Part shown: positions 52,213 through 64,000 of the stretch, one piece after another
How positions within the stretch are numbered: the first letter of the stretch is position 1
How the letters are laid out: each line of letters opens with the position of its first letter
Assembly (NCBI RefSeq): GCF_018977255.1
Contig: NW_024704742.1
Span: 101,682,001 to 101,746,000 of the forward strand
Direction of reading: 5' to 3'
Length of the DNA: 64,000 nucleotides
From: Callorhinchus milii
Lineage: Eukaryota
Program-made: the position numbers and the translations under genes
Notes under the pieces: model-generated
What the model saw: the letters and a program-made list of their open reading frames with translations, nothing else
Database searches by the model: none
What the model was told of the DNA's origin: nothing

Positions 52213-54677
52213 TGTCAGCGAGCCCACCCAGAGGCAACGAGAATCACACTTTCTCCTGCTGCTTCTATTTCTGTTGCCACTGGAGATAGGATGAACACCC
52301 ACCTCAGTGTGAATCATAGAATTTCTACAGCACATAAGGAGGTTGTTTTGCACTTTCACCTACAAATACATAGTCATTATACTTTCCAGTAAAGAGCAGC
52401 ACTTTAAGGCATTGCGACCCGCGCCCAAGATGTTTCAACAAAGTGATAAGGCGCAATATCAAATGGAAGAATTATTATTATTTATTGTACTCATGCCGAC
52501 TATGAAAGATTTATCTCTTCAGTCTCACTCCCTTGCTCTTTCCCCGTATGCATTCACATGTTTTCTTTTCCAAAGCTATTTAAAAGCTATTAATGGATTC
52601 TGTTTCAAGCACTGTTTTAGTAGGGATTTCTATGTTCAAAAAGTGTTTTAACCTCTTCCTTTGCTTTTATAATGATCTTGAATTCTTGTCCTCTAGTTAC
52701 CTATCCATTCTGCGGTTTTCCACCCCAGCAAAATGCATTTAACTCAATAAACTATTTGGGGCAATGAACATCTTTGCAGCCTTATATAATGATATAATAC
52801 CTTTTCTTATTGGCAACAAAACAGCAGGAAAATACAGAGCTTTTGCTTTTAAAAAACAGTAAAAAATCAGGCTGATTCAAGGGAAATTCAGCCTGGGTAT
52901 AACACACTTTTTCAAGAATTACCTTCTGTGTTATTTCAACACAATCAATATGATTAGGGATGAAAAACTGAACTTTAATGGATGTAGAGGTTCCTGTCCA
53001 GGATGCAAACGTACCAATTTCCACTTGCATAAAAAGCTTTTACGGATCCTTTCAAAGGTACCCAAATACAATATGGCTTCAAATGCCTGGTCAATGCTCC
53101 TCTGTGTGTTCTGTACACAAAAGAAAAGACTTGATCAACATCTTGTGATCACGGAGGGGACGTTTCATAAGATACATTTCAGGTTATCATTTTAACTTGG
53201 GTTTGTTTCCTCAGTGAGCAAGATAATCTCTGAATTCTGAGTGCTATATCCTGGTACCAGTAATTGTGTTTATCCAAGTTTGTCTGTTGGAATTACAAAA
53301 ACAATGCAAATAATTGATGGAAAATCTAGTTTCCTGATATAATGGCCACGGCCAAACAAATGCTGAAGGTGTGGGGGATGTCCTGTTTATTGCTAACCAG
53401 ATCAAATTAAAGAACTTTCCTGCCAAAATAATTCCCAAGGCAATCGTTTCCAAATCTTGGAAGCTTTTGGCAACAGTAACATCCGAGCAGCGCACAATTT
53501 TCCTTGAATCTGTCTGATTATTTCAAATGACTTCATTGAAGTGCATTTGAGTAAAACTGTCCAATCCACTGGATAGTCAGTTTCATCATTAACCCCCAGT
53601 GTTACCTCAGCATATGATAACATTAGCATCTTTATTTAAAAAAAGTAAAAAATGGAAAATGCTGAAACTGAATAGGTTAATTGGTCAAGAAAAGAGAAAA
53701 TTAAGTTAATAATTTGCAGGTGACCCTTTGTGAAGAATTCTCAATGAAGCGTTAACCTTCCTCTAAAATATGAACCCACTGTCTTTCAATGCTGCATTTA
53801 GCTTATGGACACTTGAGAAATAGTTCTTAAGTAGCCAAGACAAAGGGCCTTCTGCATCCAAACTAATCCTGGGGTCTTGCAAAGAGGTTGGGGGATTGGG
53901 GGAGTAAGCAAATCAAATGGGTAGGGAGGTGTTATGAAAACTGGTAAGGACTGTTGTGCTGGCGATACAGAGTTTTGTGCGAGTGAAAATCCAGGATCAG
54001 TCATTTATATTGCTGCACAGGTTCCAGTTGCTTCCATAACCATCTGCAGGGGCAGTGGCACAACCTAGGTTATCTGATGGTATTACATTATGATGGTATT
54101 GCATTAGCATGGCAAGGCTGGAATCAGGGCTGTGCTATCAGTTATGAGGTTGATCATCGGGTGATGCATTTTCCGATTTTGGTTCAATGTTCAATGTTCC
54201 AACATTCAGACTTTCTACATTCAGTTTAAATCACATAACCCAGCAGAATATAATAAAAACTTGTCTTTCACATTAACCACACAAACAAAAAGCTGTTTTC
54301 TATTCACAAGTAACAAAGGATCCTTGCATATGAGTATTACTTTCTGTACACATCCTCCTTTCACACACACTGCAAAAATAATCATCTCACTTGACAGTAA
54401 TTACCTGTGAAGTGATTTGAGGCATTTTGACATGATTAGGCACAATGCAAAAGCTTATTCTTTCTCTATCACCATGATGAATGAACAACATGTGACAAAT
54501 CACTGTAAGTCATAGCTGTTACAGGTAGAAAAGGTTCAAATTGTTTATTGGTGATCCATGCAATATTTTCTTTAAATTCCATGCTATCCAGGGTTTGGCA
54601 GTGTGTCTGATTGATGTGTAATTGATACTAGGACTTTGAACTCACATAGTTCAGGCCAATGGTTCTCAAAGACTCAC

Positions 54678-54726
54678 TGGCGGCCACAGTGTGACTTTGT
54701 GTAATCTGTGTAATCACCTCTTTGAG
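54678..54726 (-). other. TNFAIP8: 3' part of putative TNFAIP8 upstream (first) exon supplying the A of the start codon; 5' boundary unknown
   Basis: Minus strand ...cactgtgGCCGCCA|GTGAGT: consensus donor at 54677-54672. Joining to the acceptor at 13874 gives GCCGCCATGG. No in-frame upstream ATG before the in-frame TGA near 55073. Confidence 0.7.
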
Positions 54727-54977
54727 CCAGCCAGCACGAGGAGAGAGGGAGAGAGCACACCCTGCCTGACCAGCCAGCACGAGGAGAGAGGGAGAGAGCA
54801 CGCGCCTGCCTGACCAGCCAGCACGAGGAGAGAGGGAGAGAGCACACCCTGCCTGACCAGCCAGCACGAGGAGAGAAGGAGAGATCAAGCGCCTGCCTGA
54901 CCAGCCAGCACGAGGAGAGAGGGAGAGAGCACGCGCCTGCCTGACCAGCCAGCACGAGGAGAGAGGGAGAGAGCACG
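54727..54977. repeat. Minisatellite, 43/44-bp unit, about 5.7 copies
   Basis: Unit ccagccagcacgaggagagagggagagagcac(ac/gcg)cctgcctga starting at 54727, 54770, 54814, 54857, 54901 and 54945. Confidence 0.97.
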
Positions 54978-55164
54978 TGCTTGCCCAACCAGCGGCCCGC
55001 GCTACCTTTGCGATGTTCCCTGGGAGCTGTCGTTTGGCAGCCGTCTCTGCAGAAATGGGTACAAGGCACGCTCAAACTACAAGGGCTGACATTTGCTCCG
55101 ATCCACACAGGTACACACTCTCTCTCACCCCCAGGGCAGAGGGAGGAGGGCAGCCACATTTAAG

Positions 55165-55480
55165 AAACACTGACGCTGGAGGAACGCTGCATTGTCAGAG
55201 GTGCCGTTCTTTGGATGAGACATTATACCAGAGACGGTCATGTCTGCCTGTTCAGGTGGACAGTAATGATCCCATGAACTATTCGAAAAGAAAAGGGAGT
55301 TTCTCCCTGTGTCCGGGTCAATAATTCCGCAAATAAAATTGATTATTTACTATAAGGCCATTTATGGGATATTCTTGTGTGGACTGCTATGTTTGCCTAC
55401 ACTTTACAGTGTATCCTGTGAAGTACTTTGCGGTGTCTCCCAGTACGAAAGGCACTATACCAAAGGCAGACATTATTATT
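55165..55480 (+). mobile_element. Old SacSINE1-like DeuSINE
   Basis: gctgcattgtcagaggtgccgt...ttcaggtgga...tail. Confidence 0.75.
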
Positions 55481-55575
55481 ATAAAAACAGAAATTGCTTT
55501 TCACTCAGCAGGTCAGGCAGCATCTATGGAGAGAGGAAAGTGAGTTAACGTTTCAGGTTGATGACCTTTCGTCAG
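55481..55575 (-). mobile_element. Penelope-like fragment with hammerhead core motif
   Basis: Homologous to 45836-45928; reverse complement begins CTGACGA-aggtcatcaacct-GAAACGTT. Confidence 0.7.
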
Positions 55576-56225
55576 GCAGAGCTTATTATTGAGTACGGTT
55601 CAGAGCGATTGTGGCTATTCCTGGTAAAACTGGTTACAGAGTGGCTGCAACTTTGTTAAAGATTCCGGATAAGAACCACCACTGTTTAACCTTCACAGTT
55701 CTAAACATCATAATTTCCAGAGCCAAATTGTTGTCCATTTTGTTCTATGGTGGTAAAAAACCTAAATTACACATTCTGGTGGCTAAGTTCTGCAAAGAAT
55801 ATTGGTAGAGTTGGCAGGTCTTCAGAACACCAACCAGAATTGCTATTGCGTTATATATACTGTATAAATATTCCCAGAGAGTTGTTTGTATGTGGAATGT
55901 TTGGCCAAGTGGAGCTTTCAAGAAGGAAGTAGACTGGCGCATGAAGGAGAAAGGCTTGAAAGGGTACGGGGTAAAGCAGGTGGTGGGATTGAAGTGATCT
56001 CCTTGTTCTATGAGCCGGTGCAGACTCGATGGGCCAAATGGCCTCCTTCTGCGCTGTATATTTCTATGTTTCTATAGAGAGAGAGGCAGACAGAGAGAAA
56101 GAGAGCAGGCAAAATTATTAAGCATCATAAATGATGGCTGGGTGAGCCACAATTTCATGTCAGGTTTAAAATGATGGCTTTTAAACAACTTGAATTGTGT
56201 CCTCATGGTAAAGAATACCATACAA

Positions 56226-57812
56226 AAGCATAAGACGTAAGAGCAGGAGTAGGCCATTTGCCCCCCCAAGCCTGCCCCGCCATTTAATAATATCATGGTT
56301 GATCTTCTAACCTAATTCCATTTACCCGCCCTATCCCCATATCCTTTAATCCCTCTATCCTTTGGAAATCTATTAACCTCAGTCTTGAATATGTTCAAGG
56401 ACTGAGCATCCACAGCCTCCTGGGGTAGAGAATTCCACAAATTCACTGAGTGAAGAAATGTTTCCTCAACTCAGTTCGAAACGGCTGACCCTTAATCTTG
56501 AAACTATGACCCCTAGTTTTAGATTCTCCAACCAGGGGAAACAGTCTCACACTGTCTACTCTTGTCAAGCCTCATAAGAATCTTATATGTCTCTATAAGA
56601 TCACCCCTAATTCTTCTATGTTCTAGAGAATATAGGCCTTGTTTACTCAACCTATCCTCATAGGTCAGTCCCCTCATCCCAGGAACCAACCTAGTGAATC
56701 TACGCTGCACCCCCTCTAAGGCGAGTATGTCCTTTCTTAAATAAGGAGACCAAAACTACACACAATATTCTAGGTGCGATCTCACCAAGGTCTTATGCAA
56801 CTGCAGCAAGATTTCCCTACTCTCGTATTCTAACCCTTTTGCAACAAATGTCAACATGGCATTAGCCTTCCTAGTTGCTTGCTGTACCTGCATACTAACT
56901 TTTTATGACTGGGGTACAAGGACACCCTCTGAACACCAACACTACCTGGTCTCTCCCCCTCCAGAAAATAATCCACTTTTCTATTTTTGCTACGTAGGTG
57001 AATAACTTCATGCTTCCCCACATTATACTCCATCTGCCAACTTCTTGCCCAGTCCCTAGCCTGTCTATTTCCCTTTGCATTCTTTGTTTGTCATCCTCAC
57101 AGCTTACTCTCCCACCTATCTTTGTATCATTCGCAAATTTAGATATGTTAAGTTCTATATCCTCATCTAAAGCATTGATATAGACTGTAAATAATTTAGG
57201 CCCAAGCTCTGATCATTGTGGCACTCCACTAGTCACATCCTGACAATCTGAGAAGGACACGTTTATCCCTACTCTCTGTTTTCTTTGTGTTAGCCACTCT
57301 TTAATCCATGCTAATATATTACCTTTCATTCCATGGGCTCTAATCTTATGCAACAGTCTTTTATGTGGCACCTTGTCGAATGCCTTCTAGAAATCCAAAT
57401 ACACCATATCTACTGGATCCCCCCTATCTAACCTGCTAATTACATCCTCAAAAAGCTCTACAAGATTTGTTAAACATGATTCCCCTTTCGTAAAGCCATG
57501 TTCTGCCTAATCATGTTGTGATTTTCTAAGTACTCTACGACGACGTCCCTAATTAAGGACTCTAGAATTTTCCCTACCACCGATGTCAGACTAACTGGTC
57601 GATAGTTCCCCATTTTTGTCTCCCACCATTCTTAAATATCGGTGTTACGTTTGCGACCTTCCAATCACTGGGAACTATTCCAGAATCCAGGGAATTTAGG
57701 AAGACCAAAAATAAAGCATCCACTATCTCTGCAGCCATCTCTTTTAAAACCCTAGGATGCAGACCATCAGGTCCAGGGGATTTATCGGTTTTTAATCCTA
57801 ATAATTTCTCTA
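56226..57812 (-). mobile_element. 5'-truncated CR1 LINE (RT to 3' end)
   Basis: Reverse complement has KSPGPDG, DKVPH, KFAND, QRRFTRLVPGM; 3' end atggcctactcctgctcttacgtcttatg. Confidence 0.9.
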
Positions 57813-60628
57813 GTCGTGAGAGATTACAGGCACTAATCTCATTATTATTCCCTACATAAATTCTTCCAAGAATAAAAAAGAATTACAGTGCTGCCATGAA
57901 AATAGGATTTATGTTGAGATGTATGTAGGGTACCATGTCAAACACTTGACAATAAACCCAAGTATAACATTAAACACCATTTATTCAGTAACCGATAGAA
58001 GACTGAATTACCATCTCATAAATTGAAGGCTAATAACCAGCTATACTTCTATCGTTTGCCAAAAAACAGGCATAAATTGTCCTAGTGGACTCATCATTTC
58101 ATGTAAAGTACTGTGTGGACATTTGCAAGTCTGCCAAACGCCTTGCAATAGATGCATTGGAAATGTGGAATACTCAGTCTGGTTTGGATACTCTTAAGCG
58201 CAGTGATCCGTTTCTGCACGTGTCAGCCACCTGGCTGACCAAAAATAAATTTTAAAAATCTTATAATGAATAGTGTCAACCATACATCCCATGAAGGAAA
58301 ACCACAGTTAACAGATTCCTCTAGATAGGAAACAGATCACAAACTGACACACTGGGCACATCCATGGAAGATAAATAAAGCTATCTCCTTGCTGGCAGAA
58401 AAGTGAAGGGGATAAAACGGAAACAATTATCTTTAATTATGAATCTATTAAAGACCTGAGACATCAATTGTACTGGATTGGGTCTTGGGCCAATTTTAAG
58501 TTTGTGTCGGAACTGTTCCTTCATATAATTGGCTCAAATAAATGGATCACTGATATTAACTACGACTCAGCCCTCAGCAATTTGTGAGACAAGTGAAGAT
58601 TTGAACTAAACATTACATACAGACAAACAACACTAACTTTTCGGGTGACGTATTACCAATAGTCACAGTTATTAAGAGCATAACAGCAACAACAGCAACA
58701 AAATTACATTTGTAAAGTGCCTTTTACATCAGTAGGATGTCCCAAGGAGCTGAACAAAGTCTGAATGAAAATGGTACAGTCTTGCAGTGATCACCTTTTN
58801 AAAAAACTCTAGAAGTTCTTTGATTATGGTGAAATAGTGAAGGCAAAACATGTGATTATCAGTATGATGCAAATTAAATGTCACTGTGAAAAATATGATT
58901 GTTAATCTATTGACAGTGAGTTCCCAAGAGCTGCTGAAGCAGAGTTTCAAAACCTTTAAGTTACTGTCATTGCATTATTCAGAGACCTGAAATCTCCCCT
59001 AGTGTTAACCTAAGACCAATTGTGGAAAATTCTTCAATTCAATCTCAATTTGGAAACCGGTTCTGTCTAAGAAGTGCAGAAAACCGTCTTGCAAATTAAA
59101 ACTATATGTAAGAATTTTCTGTAATTCTTTGTCATCTTAAACTGTATGAAAGAAATCATCAATTTGCACTTTTTGAAGTGCCTTTGACACAGGATCATGT
59201 CTTGAAGCACTTTACCAACACAGAATGGGAGCAAAGAAAATTGCCTGAAGACACAAAGAGTTGGTATTTAGAAGGGTTGTGAATGCAGAGAGGATGCTTG
59301 TGAGGCAGAACGATTTTGGAAGGGAATTGCAGAGAGCTTTTAAGTTAAGACAAGGTGATTTTGGAGGGATTTTGATAGCTGAGCACTGCAGTGATTCAGA
59401 ATATTCAAATTGTGTATTTTATTATGGTCTGCTGTGCTGCAGATGAACCTGATCTATTCTTCATTTCCTTTATTCTCCAGTTATGATAAGGAGAGGTTTG
59501 TTAACAGATGCAGAATGGAAAATGCTGACAGAGATTTGGTTCCAAAGGAAATCTCCCCATACAACATAGATTAAGCCTATTGTTGAAGCAAATAATAAAC
59601 TAATGTAACATCGAAATAACCCCAAATAAAATTGGTGACAAATGTAAAAAGAAATGTTGAGAGTAAAACTGACTGCCCAGACCAACTAGGTTTATTATGA
59701 AACCAGGAGTTGGGATGCAAAATTCTGGATCAGTTGAAGTCTGTGAAGGGTGAAACCACAGAGATCAGCAAGAAAGCTTGTATATTACTGATAAAGGGCA
59801 TGGATAGGAGTTACAGAACTCACCAGCACCCTCCTGTACTGCACCCATCATTTCACCCTAGCCAAGCTGCTCTGATTTTCTGCCCTGCAAGTACATCAAC
59901 ATACACAACAACTTGTATCTTACAGCATCCTCCTTGTTTTTAAAGCCCGTCATGGTCTGTCTCTCGTCCCATTATATCAAGTGGGTGGTGGGAAGGCGAG
60001 GTGTGGTGGGAGAGAGATCAGGACACAGATGGATAAAGTGATGACTAAACTGGATTTAATTTCCAGCACTAGAATGATTCTGCACATCCTTAACGCAATA
60101 AACTCAGCAATAAGATAACTGTACAAAAAACACCTAAAATTCTCTGCTCTGTGTTTTTTACAAAAAAAGTGATCTAATTTTCTTGTCAAGATATTAGAGG
60201 TATAGCTTAATATATCAGGCACAGTTTTACTCATATGAGTGGGCAGCTTGCAGTGACTGTACACCAGATGGATCAGACATCAAATGAGTTTTTCTCTGCC
60301 TTTGCAGCAAATGTCTGCCGAATATTTTCTTTCTCTTCCAAGTAGTTGAACCCTGTGCACCAGATGACGATTAATATAAAATCTCACACATGTTAGCAAT
60401 TACCTTATCTCTCCGGGGACTGAAATAGCCTCAGAAAGAAAGATACTGATAAACTGCACCATTTTAACGATGGGCTTTGGAGGTTTATTTTTTCAGCTGA
60501 ATCCAAAGGCTGATTTTTAAATATATTTTTTCTTCCAAAACAATTTGCAGCGCAACATTGTATTTAAGCTTCACAATTCAATCCACAAGATGTTAGCAAC
60601 ATTTTCTGTGCACATTTAAAGGAAGATG

Positions 60629-60936
60629 GTGGAGCCCTGTAGCTCAGTGGTTAGAGCACTCACCTCGCAAGCGAGAGACCTGAGTTTGATTCCCAGCAGA
60701 TCAAAACCCTGGCCAAGTTTCCTTACTCCACACGCCTGATAATAATCCCTCAAGAAAAAAGAATAATAAATTGGTCACTTCAATCCACGACTGTTTGTGG
60801 GATACTGCTGTGCGCAATTAACTGCCGCATTTCGCCCACAAATATACAGTCAATTCATTTTACAGTATATTCTGTGAAGCGCTTTGAGAAGATGTGAAAA
60901 GCGCTATACAAAAATGCAAGGATTATTATTTATTAT
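60629..60936 (+). mobile_element. tRNA-derived Deu SINE, short subfamily, more diverged
   Basis: Same architecture as the young copies. Confidence 0.88.
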
Positions 60937-62179
60937 AAGATGATCCCAATACAGATCAATGTGTCAAGATCGGGCTGTCATCCTTGACTGTGCAATGCAG
61001 CCTTGCAATAAATGTATTTGGAACATTAAGTCTGCATTACTTAGGAAGGTTTTTGTAATATAACCTGATCAACTGAAAGCTGAGATGCAACCATGTGCTA
61101 ATCCAACGATTATACTCTTCTGGTCCACTAAACCCAATTTAAGCAACCTGACAATGACATCATAGTGCTGCAGACAGACTTTGAATTATGCTCCAGTTTA
61201 TTCCTTTGGTGTTCAAATGGGAATTCCTGATTTTTAGCAATTAACAAGAATCTACAAAGAATTCACACAGCGCTGATGTTCCCTTTCACCCTGAGCTGAG
61301 TTTCAAACCCCAAACCCAATGGGCCAGTTGTGGAAAAAAATCTAGACCCAAAATTCCACCTGATCCTAGTCTGTAAAACCATTTTGTCACTTAAAATGTA
61401 AAATCATAAAGAGATGTAGAAAATTCTTAAATTTACTCTTAAATTGGAAGCTGATTTTCCACAATTCTTAAATAGAACCAGATTCCAAATTAAGGCAATT
61501 TGACAATTTTTTCACAATTGTGCAACATCTTAAGTTTTAAGACAAGAAGGCCTTATGGGCTACGATTAGGTAAAATTTCAGCTCTCTTATCCTCACCAAT
61601 TCTTGGCAGAGTACTGGACCTTTCAACGCTTCTGGTAGGCAAAGTAAAAGTACAGTTTTAATTTCTTGGCAACCACAGCAGCAAAGAACTCAATGGTATT
61701 CATTCCTACAGGAAGCTGCAGGCTACATCAGCAGTCTGGACATTGAAACCTCACACTGAAGTAAATAAATAAATAAAATCTTTGTTTAAAAACTACACTG
61801 CTACATTCATGATCTAACGAGTAATGGTTTAATGTATACGTTGTTGGTTGGTGGCACTTGAATTACTGCGACAGTGTTGGTTAAGTCTGCGCACGGATGG
61901 AGCTCAAGCACTGTGATTGTCATCCCCAAAACAATACCAGGTCATTTGTTATCATTCTCATCGAATTAGTTCACCTGCAAATCTGATCTCAGATCAGATC
62001 CATTTTTCATCGCTCAAACCTTAAAAGCAGAAACTCAGCATTTCGAATCCTCAATTTGATTCTGTTTCTATGGAAAACAGTTTTATGGGAGGATTAAGCA
62101 GGCTTGGTTTCCCTCCCTGGGGGTGGGAGTGTGGTATTGGAGGCTCCACGTTTGAAAGAGGATACTGTACTCTGTACTC

Positions 62180-62490
62180 TGATATAGCGCCTTATCACAT
62201 TGTCAAAACATCTTAGCTTCACCAGATTCACCAGATTCCACTGTAAGGTGTAGTGACTGTATACAGCAGCCAATTTGCACACAGCAATATCCACAAAGAG
62301 CCAAAACATAAATGACCAATTTTATCTGAAAGATTGTTGGTTAGGACACTATTCTCTTTTCAAGTATTACCATGGGATCTTTAACATCCACCTAAATAGG
62401 CAGACGGGAACTTCAGTTTAATATTTCAGCCAAAGGCTGGCACCTCACTCCGGGAGCTCTCCCCAGCACTGGAGTGTCAGCCTAGGCTGC
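62180..62490 (-). mobile_element. Old SacSINE1-like DeuSINE
   Basis: catgggatctttaacatccacct...cactggagtgtcagcctag. Confidence 0.72.
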
Positions 62491-63068
62491 TGAGTCGAGG
62501 ACTTCAAAGTCCCACATCAAGCAATACTGGACAATTTAGAGTTGTTGGGTAGCTTTGCATTTCCTGAAGTATTTCAGAAGTAAAATATTACTGTATATGT
62601 AAAGTGAAGCATGATTGCAATATTATTACAAAAAGTACTACACGTGCAGATGAATGTTCTGGGATTGGCCTGGTCTCCAAAAGCTTTCCTTTTCAGGCTG
62701 TGACAGGCAAAACAGAAGATGTATGAAGAAGGGAAAATATGACTGACTGGTGATCCAGTGCAAAGCCTGAGAAACCACTCCGGAAAATATGTTCAAAATA
62801 TGTGCTGTGAGTGAAAGAAAAGTACAGACTGAGGTGAGCAAATTCTCAATGAGACAGTGAGTGCTGTGCTACTTGGGTTGGAGATTGAATGAAATAATGA
62901 GGAGTGCTATTTATTGAGGGAGAGGCTAGTATTGTGGGGGTGGATGAATGTTTTGCTTCATCATGTTTGGGACTCAGTAGTTAAACAATACTTTAGAGAT
63001 AATAGTCACCAAACTTTACAGTGAAGCCCTTTTGCGATAGCCAATTTAACCAAATGCAAATTTGTTAC

Positions 63069-63357
63069 AATAATAATAATCCTTGCATTTGATAGTGCCT
63101 TATCACATCTTCAAGATGTCTCAAAGTGTTTCACAGAATATACTATAAAGTGAATTGACTGTATATTTTGTGGGTGAAATATGGCAGCCAATTGTGCACA
63201 AACAGTTGTGGATTGAGTGACCACATTTTTTTTCTGAAGGGATTATTACCCCCGGGAAAAGCAATCTGCCAATCGACTAACAACTGGGTTCCTCCTCACT
63301 GCTAGGTAAACAGAGGCGTTTGGAGTAAGGAAACTTGCCCAACCTTTCGCCCTGCTC
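63069..63357 (-). mobile_element. Long-form SINE, 5'-truncated
   Basis: Tail, Deu and central segment up to gccctgc. Confidence 0.82.
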
Positions 63358-64000
63358 AGGAAAATTGCGAATGTCACCCCTTTATTTATGAAGGGAGGGA
63401 GAAACCAGGAAACTATAGACCTGTCACTTTAACATCAGTCGTAGGGAAAATACTGGAATCCATCATCAGGGACAGAGTGACTGAACAGTTGGACAGGTAT
63501 GAGCTAGTCAAAGAGAGTCAGCATGGGTTTGTGAAGGGTAGGTCGTGTCTGACTAATCTATTTGAATTTTTTGAGGATGTCATTAAAATGGTTGATAAGA
63601 GAGCGTCTATGGATGTCGCTTATATGGACTTTCAAAAGGCATTTGATAAGGTTCCACACAAAAGATTACTAGCGAAAATGGAAGAGCGTGGAGTTGGAGA
63701 TAACCTTGTGACGTGGCTTGGTAATTGGTTGGGAGGCAGGAAACAGAGAGTAGGGATAAAGGGAACATTCTCTGATTGGCGGGATGTGACAAGTGGTGTC
63801 CCCCAGAGGTCTGTACTGGAACCTCAGCTATTCTCCATATATATATATAAATGACTTGGATGAAGGAATAGAAAGTTCTGTACCCAAGTTTGCAGACGAC
63901 ACTAAGCTAGGAGGTTGAGTAAGTTGTGTAGATGGGAGTAGGAAGTTACAAAGGGAATTAGACAGATTAAGTGTGTGGGCAAAGCTGTGGCAGATGGAGT
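63358..64000 (+). mobile_element. CR1 RT fragment running off the window end
   Basis: SQHGFVKGRSCLTNL, YMDFQKAFDKVPH, SGVPQRSVL, KFADD. Confidence 0.92.

Noticed and set aside
54727..54977. CRISPR-like array
   Set aside because: No unique spacers, eukaryotic context and no cas genes.
54628..55324. ORFs of 86-161 aa over the minisatellite
   Set aside because: Open only because the repeat lacks stops; no recognisable protein and no evidence of translation.
57813..63000. Exons of the expected syntenic neighbours (DMXL1 upstream; HSD17B4 downstream, toward 1-12000)
   Set aside because: No recognisable peptide matches seen by eye; a tblastn search would be needed.

Overview
Eukaryotic vertebrate genomic DNA. 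It is very probably from a cartilaginous fish, inferred from its repeats (Deu-domain tRNA SINEs, CR1 and L2 LINEs, Penelope-like fragments). The only host protein-coding sequence is the main/last coding exon of TNFAIP8 (TIPE) on the minus strand (13874-13309). That exon has no start codon of its own and begins TG after a canonical acceptor. About 40.8 kb upstream, a GC-rich segment ends GCCGCCA|GTGAGT (54678). Splicing the two would create GCCGCCA|TGG, a perfect Kozak start codon split across the intron, giving a 188-aa protein. A 43/44-bp minisatellite lies just 5' of that donor. The rest is intron and intergenic DNA rich in retroelements: a near-full-length dead CR1 carrying five nested insertions, many L2 3' fragments, and several age classes of tRNA-derived SINEs that share a 3' stem-loop with L2. 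It also holds a hAT MITE with an 8-bp TSD, Penelope-like fragments with a hammerhead-ribozyme core, and an unclassified dispersed repeat. Repeat family names come from my recollection of consensus sequences, not a database search, and the boundaries of old repeats are approximate. Almost all other ORFs in the track are spurious or TE-derived.
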